Positions 17,989-28,971 of a DNA stretch of 52,185 nt are shown here, in pieces. Position 1 is the first letter of the stretch. The number at the start of each line of letters is the position of its first letter. Where the stretch lies: positions 1 through 52,185 of the forward strand of contig DATMPQ010000166.1 in assembly GCA_035567015.1 (NCBI GenBank), in the 5' to 3' direction. The stretch comes from Chthoniobacterales bacterium (lineage in GTDB: Bacteria > Verrucomicrobiota > Verrucomicrobiia > Chthoniobacterales > UBA10450). The notes under the pieces are model-generated. The model ran no database searches. It had not been told where the DNA came from and worked only from the letters and a program-made list of their open reading frames with translations. Position numbers and translations under genes: made by a program.

Positions 17989-19488
17989 ATGATCACACTT
18001 CTTCGCAAGCATCGTCAATGGCTCATGATCGTGATTGCGATCCTGGCGCTGCCGTTTTGCATCTATTTCGTGAAAACGGATTACAGCGCGATACGTCCCG
18101 ATGATTTTGGGCGTATCTATAACCGCAACATTTCGCTCGTGGAAGCACGGCGAGATGCGCGGTTATTGGATCTGGCACGGGCGCTGGGAATGTCGACCTT
18201 TGGGCGGGATCTCTCGGCCGGCGCGAAGAGCGAAGCGGAGGCTTACGTGCCATTCATCTTAAATCTTATTATTCTAAGACATGAAGCGGCGCGGCTTGGG
18301 ATCCGGCCGACGTCGTCGGAGATTGCCGATGTCGTCCGCAATTTGGAAACATTTCGCGGCCCGTCCGGTTTCGACCTTCAGAAGTACAACAACTTCACGC
18401 AAAACGTTCTTGCACCGAATGGTCTTGGCGAAGAGCAAATCGAGCAGCTAATTCGTGATCAGCTTTGCTTGAACCGAATCATAGAGCTCGTCGCGGCGGG
18501 AGCGTCTCCGCCGGAAAGCGAGAGCAAGGCAAATTACGACGAGGGTTACGGCAAACTTTTCGTGAACGTCATCCGATTGCGCTCAGCGGATTTTGCGAAG
18601 GACGTCAAAGTGACTGACGATGACGTTCGAAAATACTACGAAGCGCATAAGGCCGAATTCAAAAGTGAAGAGACGCGGAAGGTCGAGTTCGTCAGCCTTG
18701 CGTTGAATGACGAACAAAAAAAATTGAGCGGAAAAGAGCGCATCGATGCTCTGCAAAAACTGGCTGATCGCGCGAACGATTTTACACAGGCACTGCTGGA
18801 AAAAGGCGCGGATTTCAAACAAGTGGCGGCGAAATTTCAACTGCCGATTCACGTCACTGGTGAGTTCACGGCGGCGGCGCCTGATCCGCAATTGAAGGTC
18901 GATCCGCAACTTGGCGCGGCTGCTTTTGGATTAACGGTGCAGGAGCCGAACAGCGATCCGCTTCAGGTGGCGGATGGATTCCATATTTTGCATCTCGCGG
19001 GGTTGGTCGAGGCGCGTCCGTTAACAATCGAGGAGGCGAAGCCAAAGGTGGTGGAAGCAATTAAGAGCTCGCGAACAAAGGAATTGATCTCAACCAAGGG
19101 TGCCGAGGTGGCGCATCAACTGCGTGAAGCCACCGCGTCCGGTCAGCCGGTTGAAGCTGCCATCCAGAAGACGGGATTAAAAGCGGAGAAGGTACCGCCT
19201 TTTTCGCTGGTGGAAGATGCAACGGCCAAACCAGAAGAGCTAAAGCAGCCGCCCGATCTCGTCGCAATCAAAAACGCAGTGGCGCAGCTTAACCCCGGCG
19301 ACGTGAGCGACTTTTTTCCATCGGAGCAGGGTGGGCTGATTGCTGTTCTGGAAAAACGGGAACCGGCGGACCCGGCAAAGTATCCGGAAAAAAAAGCTAC
19401 GTTCGATAATCGTTATCGAGAAATTGCTTTCTACGAATGGCTGCGCGACCGGCAGCGCGACGCCGGCCTTCAACTTTCACGAGGTTAA
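17989..19488 (+). CDS. PpiD/SurA-N-like periplasmic chaperone (peptidyl-prolyl isomerase family)
   Basis: N-terminal TM anchor WLMIVIAILALPFCIYF, a SurA_N-like region, and a parvulin-like segment (DPLQVADGFHILHL). Confidence 0.65.
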   Translation: MITLLRKHRQWLMIVIAILALPFCIYFVKTDYSAIRPDDFGRIYNRNISLVEARRDARLLDLARALGMSTFGRDLSAGAKSEAEAYVPFILNLIILRHEAARLGIRPTSSEIADVVRNLETFRGPSGFDLQKYNNFTQNVLAPNGLGEEQIEQLIRDQLCLNRIIELVAAGASPPESESKANYDEGYGKLFVNVIRLRSADFAKDVKVTDDDVRKYYEAHKAEFKSEETRKVEFVSLALNDEQKKLSGKERIDALQKLADRANDFTQALLEKGADFKQVAAKFQLPIHVTGEFTAAAPDPQLKVDPQLGAAAFGLTVQEPNSDPLQVADGFHILHLAGLVEARPLTIEEAKPKVVEAIKSSRTKELISTKGAEVAHQLREATASGQPVEAAIQKTGLKAEKVPPFSLVEDATAKPEELKQPPDLVAIKNAVAQLNPGDVSDFFPSEQGGLIAVLEKREPADPAKYPEKKATFDNRYREIAFYEWLRDRQRDAGLQLSRG

Positions 19489-19519
19489 ACGTTACCTCGA
19501 CGTCGTCGATTCTGGAAAA

Positions 19520-19855
19520 ATGCAGACGCGCGACGAGATCTTCGATGACGCAAATGGCAATCTCGCCATCGGCGAGCTCGAAACCGCGGTCGAAAAATAT
19601 CGCCGCTGTGTAGAGGTCGACCCGGACTTTTTTGACGGCTGGCATGCGCTCGGGATGGCCCTGATGAAAATCGGCCGATTCACCGAAGCGATCGAGGCTG
19701 GCAAGAAAGCAGTTGAGCTTAAGCCGAACGATCAGATCGGTTGGACGAGCTTATCGTTATTTTACAATCGCGCCGGCAACATCAAGGAGGCGGAAGCTGC
19801 GGGCGCGAAAGCCAAGGTCCTTTCCTGGGGCGGCAAGATTGCGAAACAGGATTAA
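19520..19855 (+). CDS. Small tetratricopeptide-repeat protein
   Basis: TPR-like helices AVEKYRRCVEVDPDFFDGWHALGMALMKIGRFTEAIEAGKKAVELKPND. Start set at ATG 19520 to avoid overlap with the upstream gene. Confidence 0.6.
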   Translation: MQTRDEIFDDANGNLAIGELETAVEKYRRCVEVDPDFFDGWHALGMALMKIGRFTEAIEAGKKAVELKPNDQIGWTSLSLFYNRAGNIKEAEAAGAKAKVLSWGGKIAKQD

Positions 19856-19956
19856 ATGGAGTGATGGAGTAGAGGACTAATGGAGTGTTGCATCCAGGCG
19901 GATGCTACTTGCCCATCAATCCATTTTCTCCAACACTCCACAACCAATTCTAGGTG

Positions 19957-22012
19957 TCACCAGATGTTCACGCGCTTATCGGCGGCCCGCACCATCGGTG
20001 AACCGTCTGGAATCCCGAACGCCTTTTGAAATTCCGGCAAATCCGATAGCGGCCCGTTCACGCGAAAATGGGCCGGCGAATGCGGATCGGTGGTTAATCG
20101 CATCTTTTGGTCTTCGTCGCGGATCTTCGATCGCCAGATGTTGGCGAACGAAAGGAAGAAACGTTGCTCCGGCATGAAGCCGTCGATCTTCTGATCGCGC
20201 GCCTGCGGATTTTTCGCGAGCGCCTTTTGCAATGCCGCGTAAGCGAGCTTCACTCCGCCGATGTCCGCGATGTTTTCGCCCTGGGTCAACTCGCCGTTCA
20301 CGTGTTGGCCGGGCAACGGCTCGTATTCGCTGTATTGATTCACAATTGCCTGTGAGCGTTTCTTGAATTCAGCCGCCGATTGAGGCGACCACCAATCCCG
20401 CAAATTTCCGTCGGCATCGAACTGCCGCCCCTGGTCGTCGAACCCATGGGTCATTTCATGTCCAATGACGGCGCCGATTCCACCGTAGTTCACGGCGTCA
20501 TCTGCGTTGGCGTAGAAAAACGGCGGCTGCAAAATGCCCGCCGGGAAAACGATCTCGTTCCGGTTTGGTTGATAATACGCGTTCACGGTCGGGGCAGTCA
20601 TGCCCCACTCGGTCCGGTCCACCGGTTTGCCGATCTTGTTCAGCTCGCGCGTCGTTTCGAATTGCGCGGCGCGAATCCCGTTCAAGACATAGGGCCCGCG
20701 ATCGATTTTCAGCAGCGAATAATCGAGCCACTTGTCCGGATAACCGATTTTCACCTGCATCGCGGCCAGCTTCTTGAGCGCCTGCTCTTTCGTCGGCTCG
20801 TCCATCCATTCGAGCGTTTTGATCCGATCGGCCAGCGCTTCTTTCAAATTGTTGACCAGCTCAAGTGCGCGCGCCTTTGCTTCCGGCGGAAAATTGAATG
20901 CCACGTACAATTTGCCGAGCGCTTCGCCGATCGCGCCGTTCTCGGATGTGACCACGCGTTTCCAGCGCGGTTTGATCTGCTGCGCTCCGCGCATAATCCG
21001 CTCGTCAAAATTGAAATCTTCGTCCACGAAATCCTTGGAGAGCTCGCCGGCCGCGTCATTGATCAAGTGCCATCGCAGGTAGGCCTTCCAATCTTCCAGC
21101 GGCGTGCTTTTGAAAATTTCGTCGGCGGTCTTGAAAAACTCCGGTTGGTGCACGTTCACGTTCTCCGGTGTGAGGAGGCCGATGTTTTTGAAGTAATCGG
21201 TCCAGTTCCAATCCGGTGTCAGCTGCTGCAGCTCGTTGACCGTCATTTTGTTGTAGTTCTTTTGCGGATCGCGCAACTGCACCCGCGTGCGCGACGCCTC
21301 CGCCAGTTTCGTCTCGAGCGCGAGAATCTTCTTTGCGTCTTCCGATGCGCTTGTAGCCGGCTCGCCCAGAAGCGTCAGCATCTTGGCGACATGTTCGACA
21401 TATTGGTCGCGCAACTTCTTCGAAGCGTCGTCGGTCTTGGTGTAATAGTCGCGGTCCGGCAACCCGAGCCCGCCCTGGCTGGCTTGCGCGACCTCATGGC
21501 TGCTGTCCTTTGAGTCCGCGAGCGAGCCGAAATCGAACAACACGCCAGCCCCAATGGTGTGGAAATGTGCGATTTCCTTGAGCAGATCGTTGCGATCTTT
21601 GATCGCGTCGATCGCTTTGAATTCCTGATCGAGCGGTTTCGCTCGTTGCGCTTCGATCGTTCGCTCGTCCATCCCGCTCGCATAAAAATCGCCGACCTTC
21701 TCCGTTTCCGGCGCCATTCGTGAATCGACCGCCGTGTGCTGCGCTTTCTCGGCGATGTCGTGCAGCGCGTCGTTGTTCTTCTCAATCAGCTCGTTGAAGC
21801 TGCCCCAGCGCGTGTACTCGGGTGGGATTTCCGTCCGCTTGATCCAACCGCCGTCGGCGTAAAGGAAAAAATCGTCGGCTGGTTTTCACCGACGGATCCA
21901 TGTTGGTTGGATCGAGGGGCGACGGGTTTTTTTCGACCTTGGGCGCCGGTTGAGCGTGCAAGCTCAATACGCAAAAGAGAGACGCGACAACGAGTGGAGT
22001 TGTTCTAAGCAT
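19957..22012 (-). pseudogene. M13 family zinc metallopeptidase (endothelin-converting-enzyme-like), interrupted by a 1-nt frameshift
   Basis: The upstream frame carries the signal peptide MLRTTPLVVASLFCVLSLHA...NMDPSVK. The downstream frame carries ADDFFLYADGGW, NAYY, VIGHEMTHGFD (HExxH) and GENIADIGG. The two join if one A is removed from the A4 run (T4 at 21883-21886 on the + strand). Confidence 0.7.
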
Positions 22013-22245
22013 CAAAGAAGAAAGGTGAAAGCGGCGCGCTTGTCCATTCGGGCAACGCCACAAATGAAGACGTCGCCTGGGCGCGGCGCGGGTCTGTCTT
22101 GCACCGCGACCTACAACTGCTCGATCTTATAGCCGCCTGCACGCAACATCGCGCATAAAGCCCCTCCGTACCTCCCGATTTCCATGCCGCGACGTCGTCC
22201 GGAAATTGCTTTGGCATTCACTTCTGATCGTTGCTATTTGCGGCT

Positions 22246-23406
22246 ATGGCATCTTTGCGGCACCTTAAGGCACGAATGATTGTGCTGGCGAAACGTTTGC
22301 TCGCCCTCGCGTTGCTTACGGTTCCTGTTGCCCTGGCTCCGACTCCGGGGTTTGCCTCAGATGAATGGCAGGTCATCAAAGTCGGTGGTCATGATTATCT
22401 GAGTGTCGATAACATCGCTAGGTTTTACGGTTTTCCGGCCGGTGCCCCTTCGGGGGGCAGGAAAATTGGTCTCGAGGATGTAAACAGATCGATCGAGTTC
22501 ACGCCCGATAGCCGCGAAGTGATGATCAACGGCGCGCGCAATTGGTTGTGCTTCCCCGTTATCGAACGCGACGGAAAAGTTCTCGTCTCGCGCATGGACC
22601 TGGCGAAAACGATCGAGCCGCAGCTTCGTCCGCAACGCATCCCGAACGTCGATCGGATCCAAACCGTTGTTCTCGATCCGGGTCACGGTGGCTTCGACAA
22701 GGGCGCGATCAGCAGTTATGGGTGCGAGAAGGATTTTGCCCTTGATGTGGCGCGCAAAGTCCGGCCACTGCTTCAAGCTAAAGGCCTGCATGTGATCATG
22801 ACGCGCGAGAGCGACGCGTTCGTTCCTTTGGAATTGCGGGCACGCATCGCCAACGCGGCGCACAATTCCATTTTCGTGAGCATTCATTTCAACGCCACAG
22901 ACCGCGATCCGAATGCAACTGGCTTCGAGATCTATTCGCTCACTCCGCGCGGAGCGCCCTCCACCGCCGACGACTCGATGGCCTTGAGTTTCATGAACAT
23001 GCAAGCTGGCAGCCCGGTTGATGCACAAAGCGTCGAACTCTCCGCCTGCATTTACCATTCGGTCCTCGGCCACATCCCGGAATTCGACCGCGGCATCAAG
23101 CGGGCACGCTTCGCGGTTTTGCGACTGACAAAAGTTCCCGCTGTGCTCGTCGAAGGCGGCTTCCTGACGGAGCGCGGCGAGAGCCGGTTGATTGCGAATA
23201 AAGATTGGCGCGCGAAACTGGCGGAGGCAATCAGCGTCGGAATCGAGAACTACAAGGCGCTGGCCGACAACAAGCAGCGACCGCTGATCGTCGCCGATTA
23301 TCGGCGGCAACCATCGAAGGCGCAAACCACGCAAGAGCCTTCGCCAACGCCGACGCCTACTCCCAGTCCTACCCCGTCACTTCTGTCCGCCGTGATCGTT
23401 CCGTAA
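22246..23406 (+). CDS. N-acetylmuramoyl-L-alanine amidase (Amidase_3, AmiC-like)
   Basis: Signal peptide, VVLDPGHGGFDKGA, FVSIHFNA and PAVLVEGGFLT, with a Pro/Thr-rich C-terminal tail. Confidence 0.8.
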   Translation: MASLRHLKARMIVLAKRLLALALLTVPVALAPTPGFASDEWQVIKVGGHDYLSVDNIARFYGFPAGAPSGGRKIGLEDVNRSIEFTPDSREVMINGARNWLCFPVIERDGKVLVSRMDLAKTIEPQLRPQRIPNVDRIQTVVLDPGHGGFDKGAISSYGCEKDFALDVARKVRPLLQAKGLHVIMTRESDAFVPLELRARIANAAHNSIFVSIHFNATDRDPNATGFEIYSLTPRGAPSTADDSMALSFMNMQAGSPVDAQSVELSACIYHSVLGHIPEFDRGIKRARFAVLRLTKVPAVLVEGGFLTERGESRLIANKDWRAKLAEAISVGIENYKALADNKQRPLIVADYRRQPSKAQTTQEPSPTPTPTPSPTPSLLSAVIVP

Positions 23407-23431
23407 GCGCATCTTCTGTTCTTCTGTAGAG

Positions 23432-23454
23432 GCAGGCGTGTCGCCTGCATTTTT
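23432..23454 (+). terminator. Rho-independent terminator after the amidase gene
   Basis: GCAGGCG-TGT-CGCCTGC stem-loop followed by ATTTTTG. Confidence 0.65.
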
Positions 23455-23559
23455 GTAACCGCGACACCGCCGATTGCAGGGCGTTTATGTGAAACCCCGA
23501 ACCAAATTAACAGATGTCGTTGTCGTTGACTTCGCGTAGACGGGTCTTATTCTGAACGC

Positions 23560-25731
<2,172 letters not shown>

Positions 25732-25748
25732 CGTACTCTTTACGAACA

Positions 25749-25832
25749 GAATGGAGCGAATGGGTTGAGCGACATAGAAGGCAAAGCCGCGAGGGTAGCA
25801 GCGAGCGAGCATGGGCAGCGAGTGAGTTTCAA
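25749..25832 (+). repeat. 84-nt intergenic element, copy 1 (GAATGGAGCGAATGG...GAGTTTCAA)
   Basis: Aligns over its full length with 50325-50408 (same strand) and with the reverse complement of 26133-26216. Confidence 0.85.
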
Positions 25833-26132
25833 GGCAACAGAGTTTAACGAAGCCGGCGCCGAGCTGTACGCGAAGACGTAAGATCTGGGTAGCGCGCCCG
25901 TCTCGGGCGTGGGTTTCGGTGTCCCGCCGAAGCAATCTTCAGATCTCTAGCCCGCGAATCACCCGCCTTCGTCCCGCCGTTGCGGGACTACGGCGCGGCA
26001 GGCGCGAAACTTGTGGTGAGCGAAGTCGAATCCATTAACGCGAAAGGATCCGGGAGGCCTGTAGGGGAAGCTGCCAGCTTCCCATCTGATCTTGTAGCAA
26101 CGACGCGGCTAACATCGCAGGCGCGCTCGGTT

Positions 26133-26216
26133 TTGAAACTCGTTCGTTGCCCACAATCACTCGCTCCTACCCTCGTCGCTTTACCTTCTATGTCGCGTGC
26201 CCCACGCGCTCCATTC
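26133..26216 (-). repeat. 84-nt intergenic element, copy 2 (inverted relative to copy 1)
   Basis: The reverse complement reads gaatggagcgcgtggggcacgcgacatagaaggtaaagcgacgagggtaggagcgagtgattgtgggcaacgaacgagtttcaa. Confidence 0.85.
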
Positions 26217-26305
26217 GCAAAAAGGCTCGCGGCCTCCCGCCGTAAAGTTCGCGCCTGCGAACCGCTTGACATTACCCGGCGCATCGAGCAACAAAGGATC
26301 GCCGG

Positions 26306-27814
26306 ATGAACTTTCTCAAACGCCGTTTCACAGGGGCTCCGGAGGGAACGGCCGTGCTGTTCTTCATTCAAATCTTCGCGACGCTCGGCTTCGCCGTCCT
26401 CTACTCGACCCTGGTCCTCTACGCGACGAAGCATCTGCATCTCGGCGTGAAAGAGGCCACCACGTTGATGGGTGTGTTCGGCGCCTTCAACTACGGCCTG
26501 CACCTCTTCGGCGGTTACCTGGGCGGCCGCTTCCTTTCCAACCGCAACCTGTTCGTCGGGGGCATGGCGCTGCAAGTGATCGGCTGCGCCTGTATCGCGA
26601 CCGGCACCCTCGTGTTGTTCTACGTCGGCCTCGCCCTCTTCCTCACCGGCAGCGGCCTCAACGTCACTTGCATCAACATGATGCTCACGCAGCGCTTCAC
26701 CCCGGAGGACCCGCGCCGCGAAGGAGCCTTCCTCTGGAATTACGCCGGTATGAATGTCGGCTTTTTCGTCGGGTTCAGTGTCGCCGGCCATTTCCAGGCC
26801 ACCGAGAGCTACTCGAACCTCTTCATCTTCGCGACGCTCGGCAACTTCGTCGCCATCATCCTCGCCCTGTTCAACTGGAAGACGCTGACCGACCGCAACA
26901 CGCCGCTGCTCGACGCGACGCCGAAGCAGTTCCGGCTGCGGCAGCTCGTCGGCCTCGCCATTCTCATCGGCCTCGTTCCCGTCGTGTGGTTCATGCTCCA
27001 GCGGCCCGGCGGCACCGAGACGATCATCAAAGCGATCTGCGCCGCGGTCGCGCTCACGCTAATCTACCTAACGGTCCGCCACCGGGATCGCCGCGAGCGG
27101 CGGAACATGACGGCGTATCTGATTCTGACCATTGGCTCGCTGATGTTCTGGTCGCTCTACCAAATGGCACCGAACGGACTGATGCTGTTCGCGGTCAACA
27201 ATGTCAACCTGATGGTTGGTAGCGTGAGGATTCAGCCGCAGTGGATCCAGAACATCAACACTGTCATTATCGTGCTCGGCGGGCCGGTGCTCGCGGCGCT
27301 CTTCACTCGCATGCGCGGGCGTGGGTGGAGAATCGACATACCGAAGCAGTTTGCGGCGTCGCTGCTGTTGATGGCGATCGCCTTTTTTGTTCTGCCGTTC
27401 GGCATCAAGCTGGCCGGAGGCGACGGCAAGAGCGCGTTCGTGTGGCTATTCCTCAGCTACGTGCTGCAAAGCATCGGTGAGCTGCTCATCTCTCCCATCG
27501 GATACGCGATGATCGGCAAGCTCGCGCCGAGGCAGTACCAAGGAGTGATGATGGGCAGTTGGATGCTCGTCACCGGTCTCGCATCACTGTTTGCAGGCGA
27601 CTTCTCGGGCATGATCCCCGAGCCGACCGGCGCCACGGCGATTGCCACCAATGCCGGGTACGCGAAGCTGTTCGCCGAGCTTGGTGCCGGCAGCCTCGCG
27701 GTCGGTATTGCGCTCGTCGTGCTGATTCCGTTCCTGCGCAAACTGATCACCGACAAGGCCGAGACGACGCTTCCAGCGGAAGGGCCGGCCGCGACGGTTG
27801 TCCCCGTCGCTTGA
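26306..27814 (+). CDS. MFS transporter, divergent POT/PTR2 (peptide:proton symporter)-like
   Basis: About 14 TM segments. FGGYLGGRFLSNRNLFVGGMALQVIG resembles the POT GGxLADRxLG block, and an AAAGGA RBS-like sequence precedes the ATG. Confidence 0.65.
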   Translation: MNFLKRRFTGAPEGTAVLFFIQIFATLGFAVLYSTLVLYATKHLHLGVKEATTLMGVFGAFNYGLHLFGGYLGGRFLSNRNLFVGGMALQVIGCACIATGTLVLFYVGLALFLTGSGLNVTCINMMLTQRFTPEDPRREGAFLWNYAGMNVGFFVGFSVAGHFQATESYSNLFIFATLGNFVAIILALFNWKTLTDRNTPLLDATPKQFRLRQLVGLAILIGLVPVVWFMLQRPGGTETIIKAICAAVALTLIYLTVRHRDRRERRNMTAYLILTIGSLMFWSLYQMAPNGLMLFAVNNVNLMVGSVRIQPQWIQNINTVIIVLGGPVLAALFTRMRGRGWRIDIPKQFAASLLLMAIAFFVLPFGIKLAGGDGKSAFVWLFLSYVLQSIGELLISPIGYAMIGKLAPRQYQGVMMGSWMLVTGLASLFAGDFSGMIPEPTGATAIATNAGYAKLFAELGAGSLAVGIALVVLIPFLRKLITDKAETTLPAEGPAATVVPVA

Positions 27815-27874
27815 GAACCGCTTCGGTTTGCGAAGCGTTCTGTTCTCCGGGGAGCACAGGCGCCTCGCCTGTTG

Positions 27875-27896
27875 GTGATGGCGCCCTCGCCATCAC
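27875..27896 (+). terminator. Candidate terminator hairpin between convergent transporter and exonuclease genes
   Basis: GTGATGGCG-CCCT-CGCCATCAC (9-bp stem) followed by GGACTTTTCATTTG. A second imperfect hairpin lies at 27815-27840. Confidence 0.5.
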
Positions 27897-27934
27897 GGAC
27901 TTTTCATTTGATTCCCAACGCCAGTATCCCATCG

Positions 27935-28780
27935 TCATCGGCCCGCAGCCTTTTCGCAACGCTCGAGTAGTCGCGGCGCTTCGATCCGTTTCGCCCACTT
28001 CGCGAACCCCGGCGTCGCACCGCGCCAGCGCAGGGTCTCGACCTTCTTGAACAGCGGCGCATCGGTGCGCAGGGTCGCGAGATTCTTGAAGAGCAATGCG
28101 AGATCGCGCTGTTTGCCGAGAACGTTTGACGGAAACTTTTCGATCGAACCGTGACGATTCAAAAGCTGGGCGGCGGTCCTGGCGCCGATGCCAGGGATGC
28201 CGGGGTAACCGTCGGCCGCATCGCCCACGAGCGCGAGCAGATCCGGAATGAGCTGCGGGCTGACGCCGAACTTTTCGCGTACGCCAGCAGCATCGCGAAT
28301 CGTTTTGCGCCGGCCATTGATCTGCACCACGCGTGTGCCTCGCACGCATTGCGCCAGATCTTTATCGGGCGTCCAGATGGCGACTTTGTCGACCTTCTTG
28401 TCCTTCGACGCGAGATGCGCGGCCGAAGCGAGCGCATCATCCGCTTCGAGCTCGATCATCGGCCAGACGACAACGCCCATCGCCACGAGCGCCTCCTCGA
28501 GCGGATGAAATTGCGCGAGCAGGGCGGGCTCGATCCCGGCGTCGGTCTTGTAGTCCGCCCAAAGCCGATTGCGAAACGACTCGATCACGTGGTCGGTGGC
28601 GACACCGAGATAAGTGTCACCGTTCTCCAGCATTTGCAGAACGGTCTGCAGCACACCGACGACCGCGCCGTAAGGCCGGTCGACGCCACGTGAGGCGGAG
28701 CCTTTTACGTGGGTAAACCGGCGCAAACCGTAGAAGTGACGGAAGAGTTCGTAGGTGCCGTCAACGAGGTGGACGATCAT
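27935..28780 (-). CDS. Stand-alone 5'-3' exonuclease / flap endonuclease (PIN-like 53EXO + H3TH)
   Basis: MIVHLVDGTYELFRHFY N-terminus, acidic-cluster blocks (VATDHVIESFR, ELEADDALAS) and H3TH DGYPGIPGIGARTAAQLL. Start set at ATG 28780. Confidence 0.8.
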   Translation of the reverse strand: MIVHLVDGTYELFRHFYGLRRFTHVKGSASRGVDRPYGAVVGVLQTVLQMLENGDTYLGVATDHVIESFRNRLWADYKTDAGIEPALLAQFHPLEEALVAMGVVVWPMIELEADDALASAAHLASKDKKVDKVAIWTPDKDLAQCVRGTRVVQINGRRKTIRDAAGVREKFGVSPQLIPDLLALVGDAADGYPGIPGIGARTAAQLLNRHGSIEKFPSNVLGKQRDLALLFKNLATLRTDAPLFKKVETLRWRGATPGFAKWAKRIEAPRLLERCEKAAGR

Positions 28781-28844
28781 TTTGGTTAACGTTTTCTTCG
28801 CGCAGTCCGTGGCTTGCCGTAGCTTTAGCGTAGGTGGGTGCCCA

Positions 28845-28940
28845 ATGAAAATCACCGAAGAAGAAGCGTTACAAGTTGGTCTCGAGCAAAAAGCCAAGGA
28901 GTTTGTGAAAAAAGGCTCGGAGGTTTACGTGAAAGCGTAG
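28845..28940 (+). pseudogene. Orphan 3'-terminal fragment of thiC (homologous to 25597-25731)
   Basis: [31 protein letters not shown] versus the thiC end MKITE[13 aa][26 protein letters not shown]. 26/31 residues are identical, with an 18-nt identical core AGCGTTACAAGTTGGTCT (25656-25673 / 28865-28882). Confidence 0.75.
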
Positions 28941-28971
28941 TAAAAACGCCGACGTCGGTTCCCTCCCGATA

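Noticed and set aside
20380-21513. 377-aa plus-strand ORF opposite the M13 peptidase.
   Set aside because: It is antisense to a gene with clear HExxH/NAYY/GENIAD motifs. Its translation is Arg/Leu/Val-rich with no recognisable domain, the typical shadow ORF of GC-rich DNA.
22357-23334. 325-aa minus-strand ORF opposite the amidase gene.
   Set aside because: It is a shadow ORF. The sense strand encodes a complete Amidase_3 protein with a signal peptide.
25988-27222. ORFs 25988-26791 (-) and 26197-27222 (+) overlapping the POT-like transporter and its upstream region.
   Set aside because: Both give Arg/Pro/Gly/His-rich translations without domains. The third frame (26306-27814) gives a coherent 14-TM transporter.
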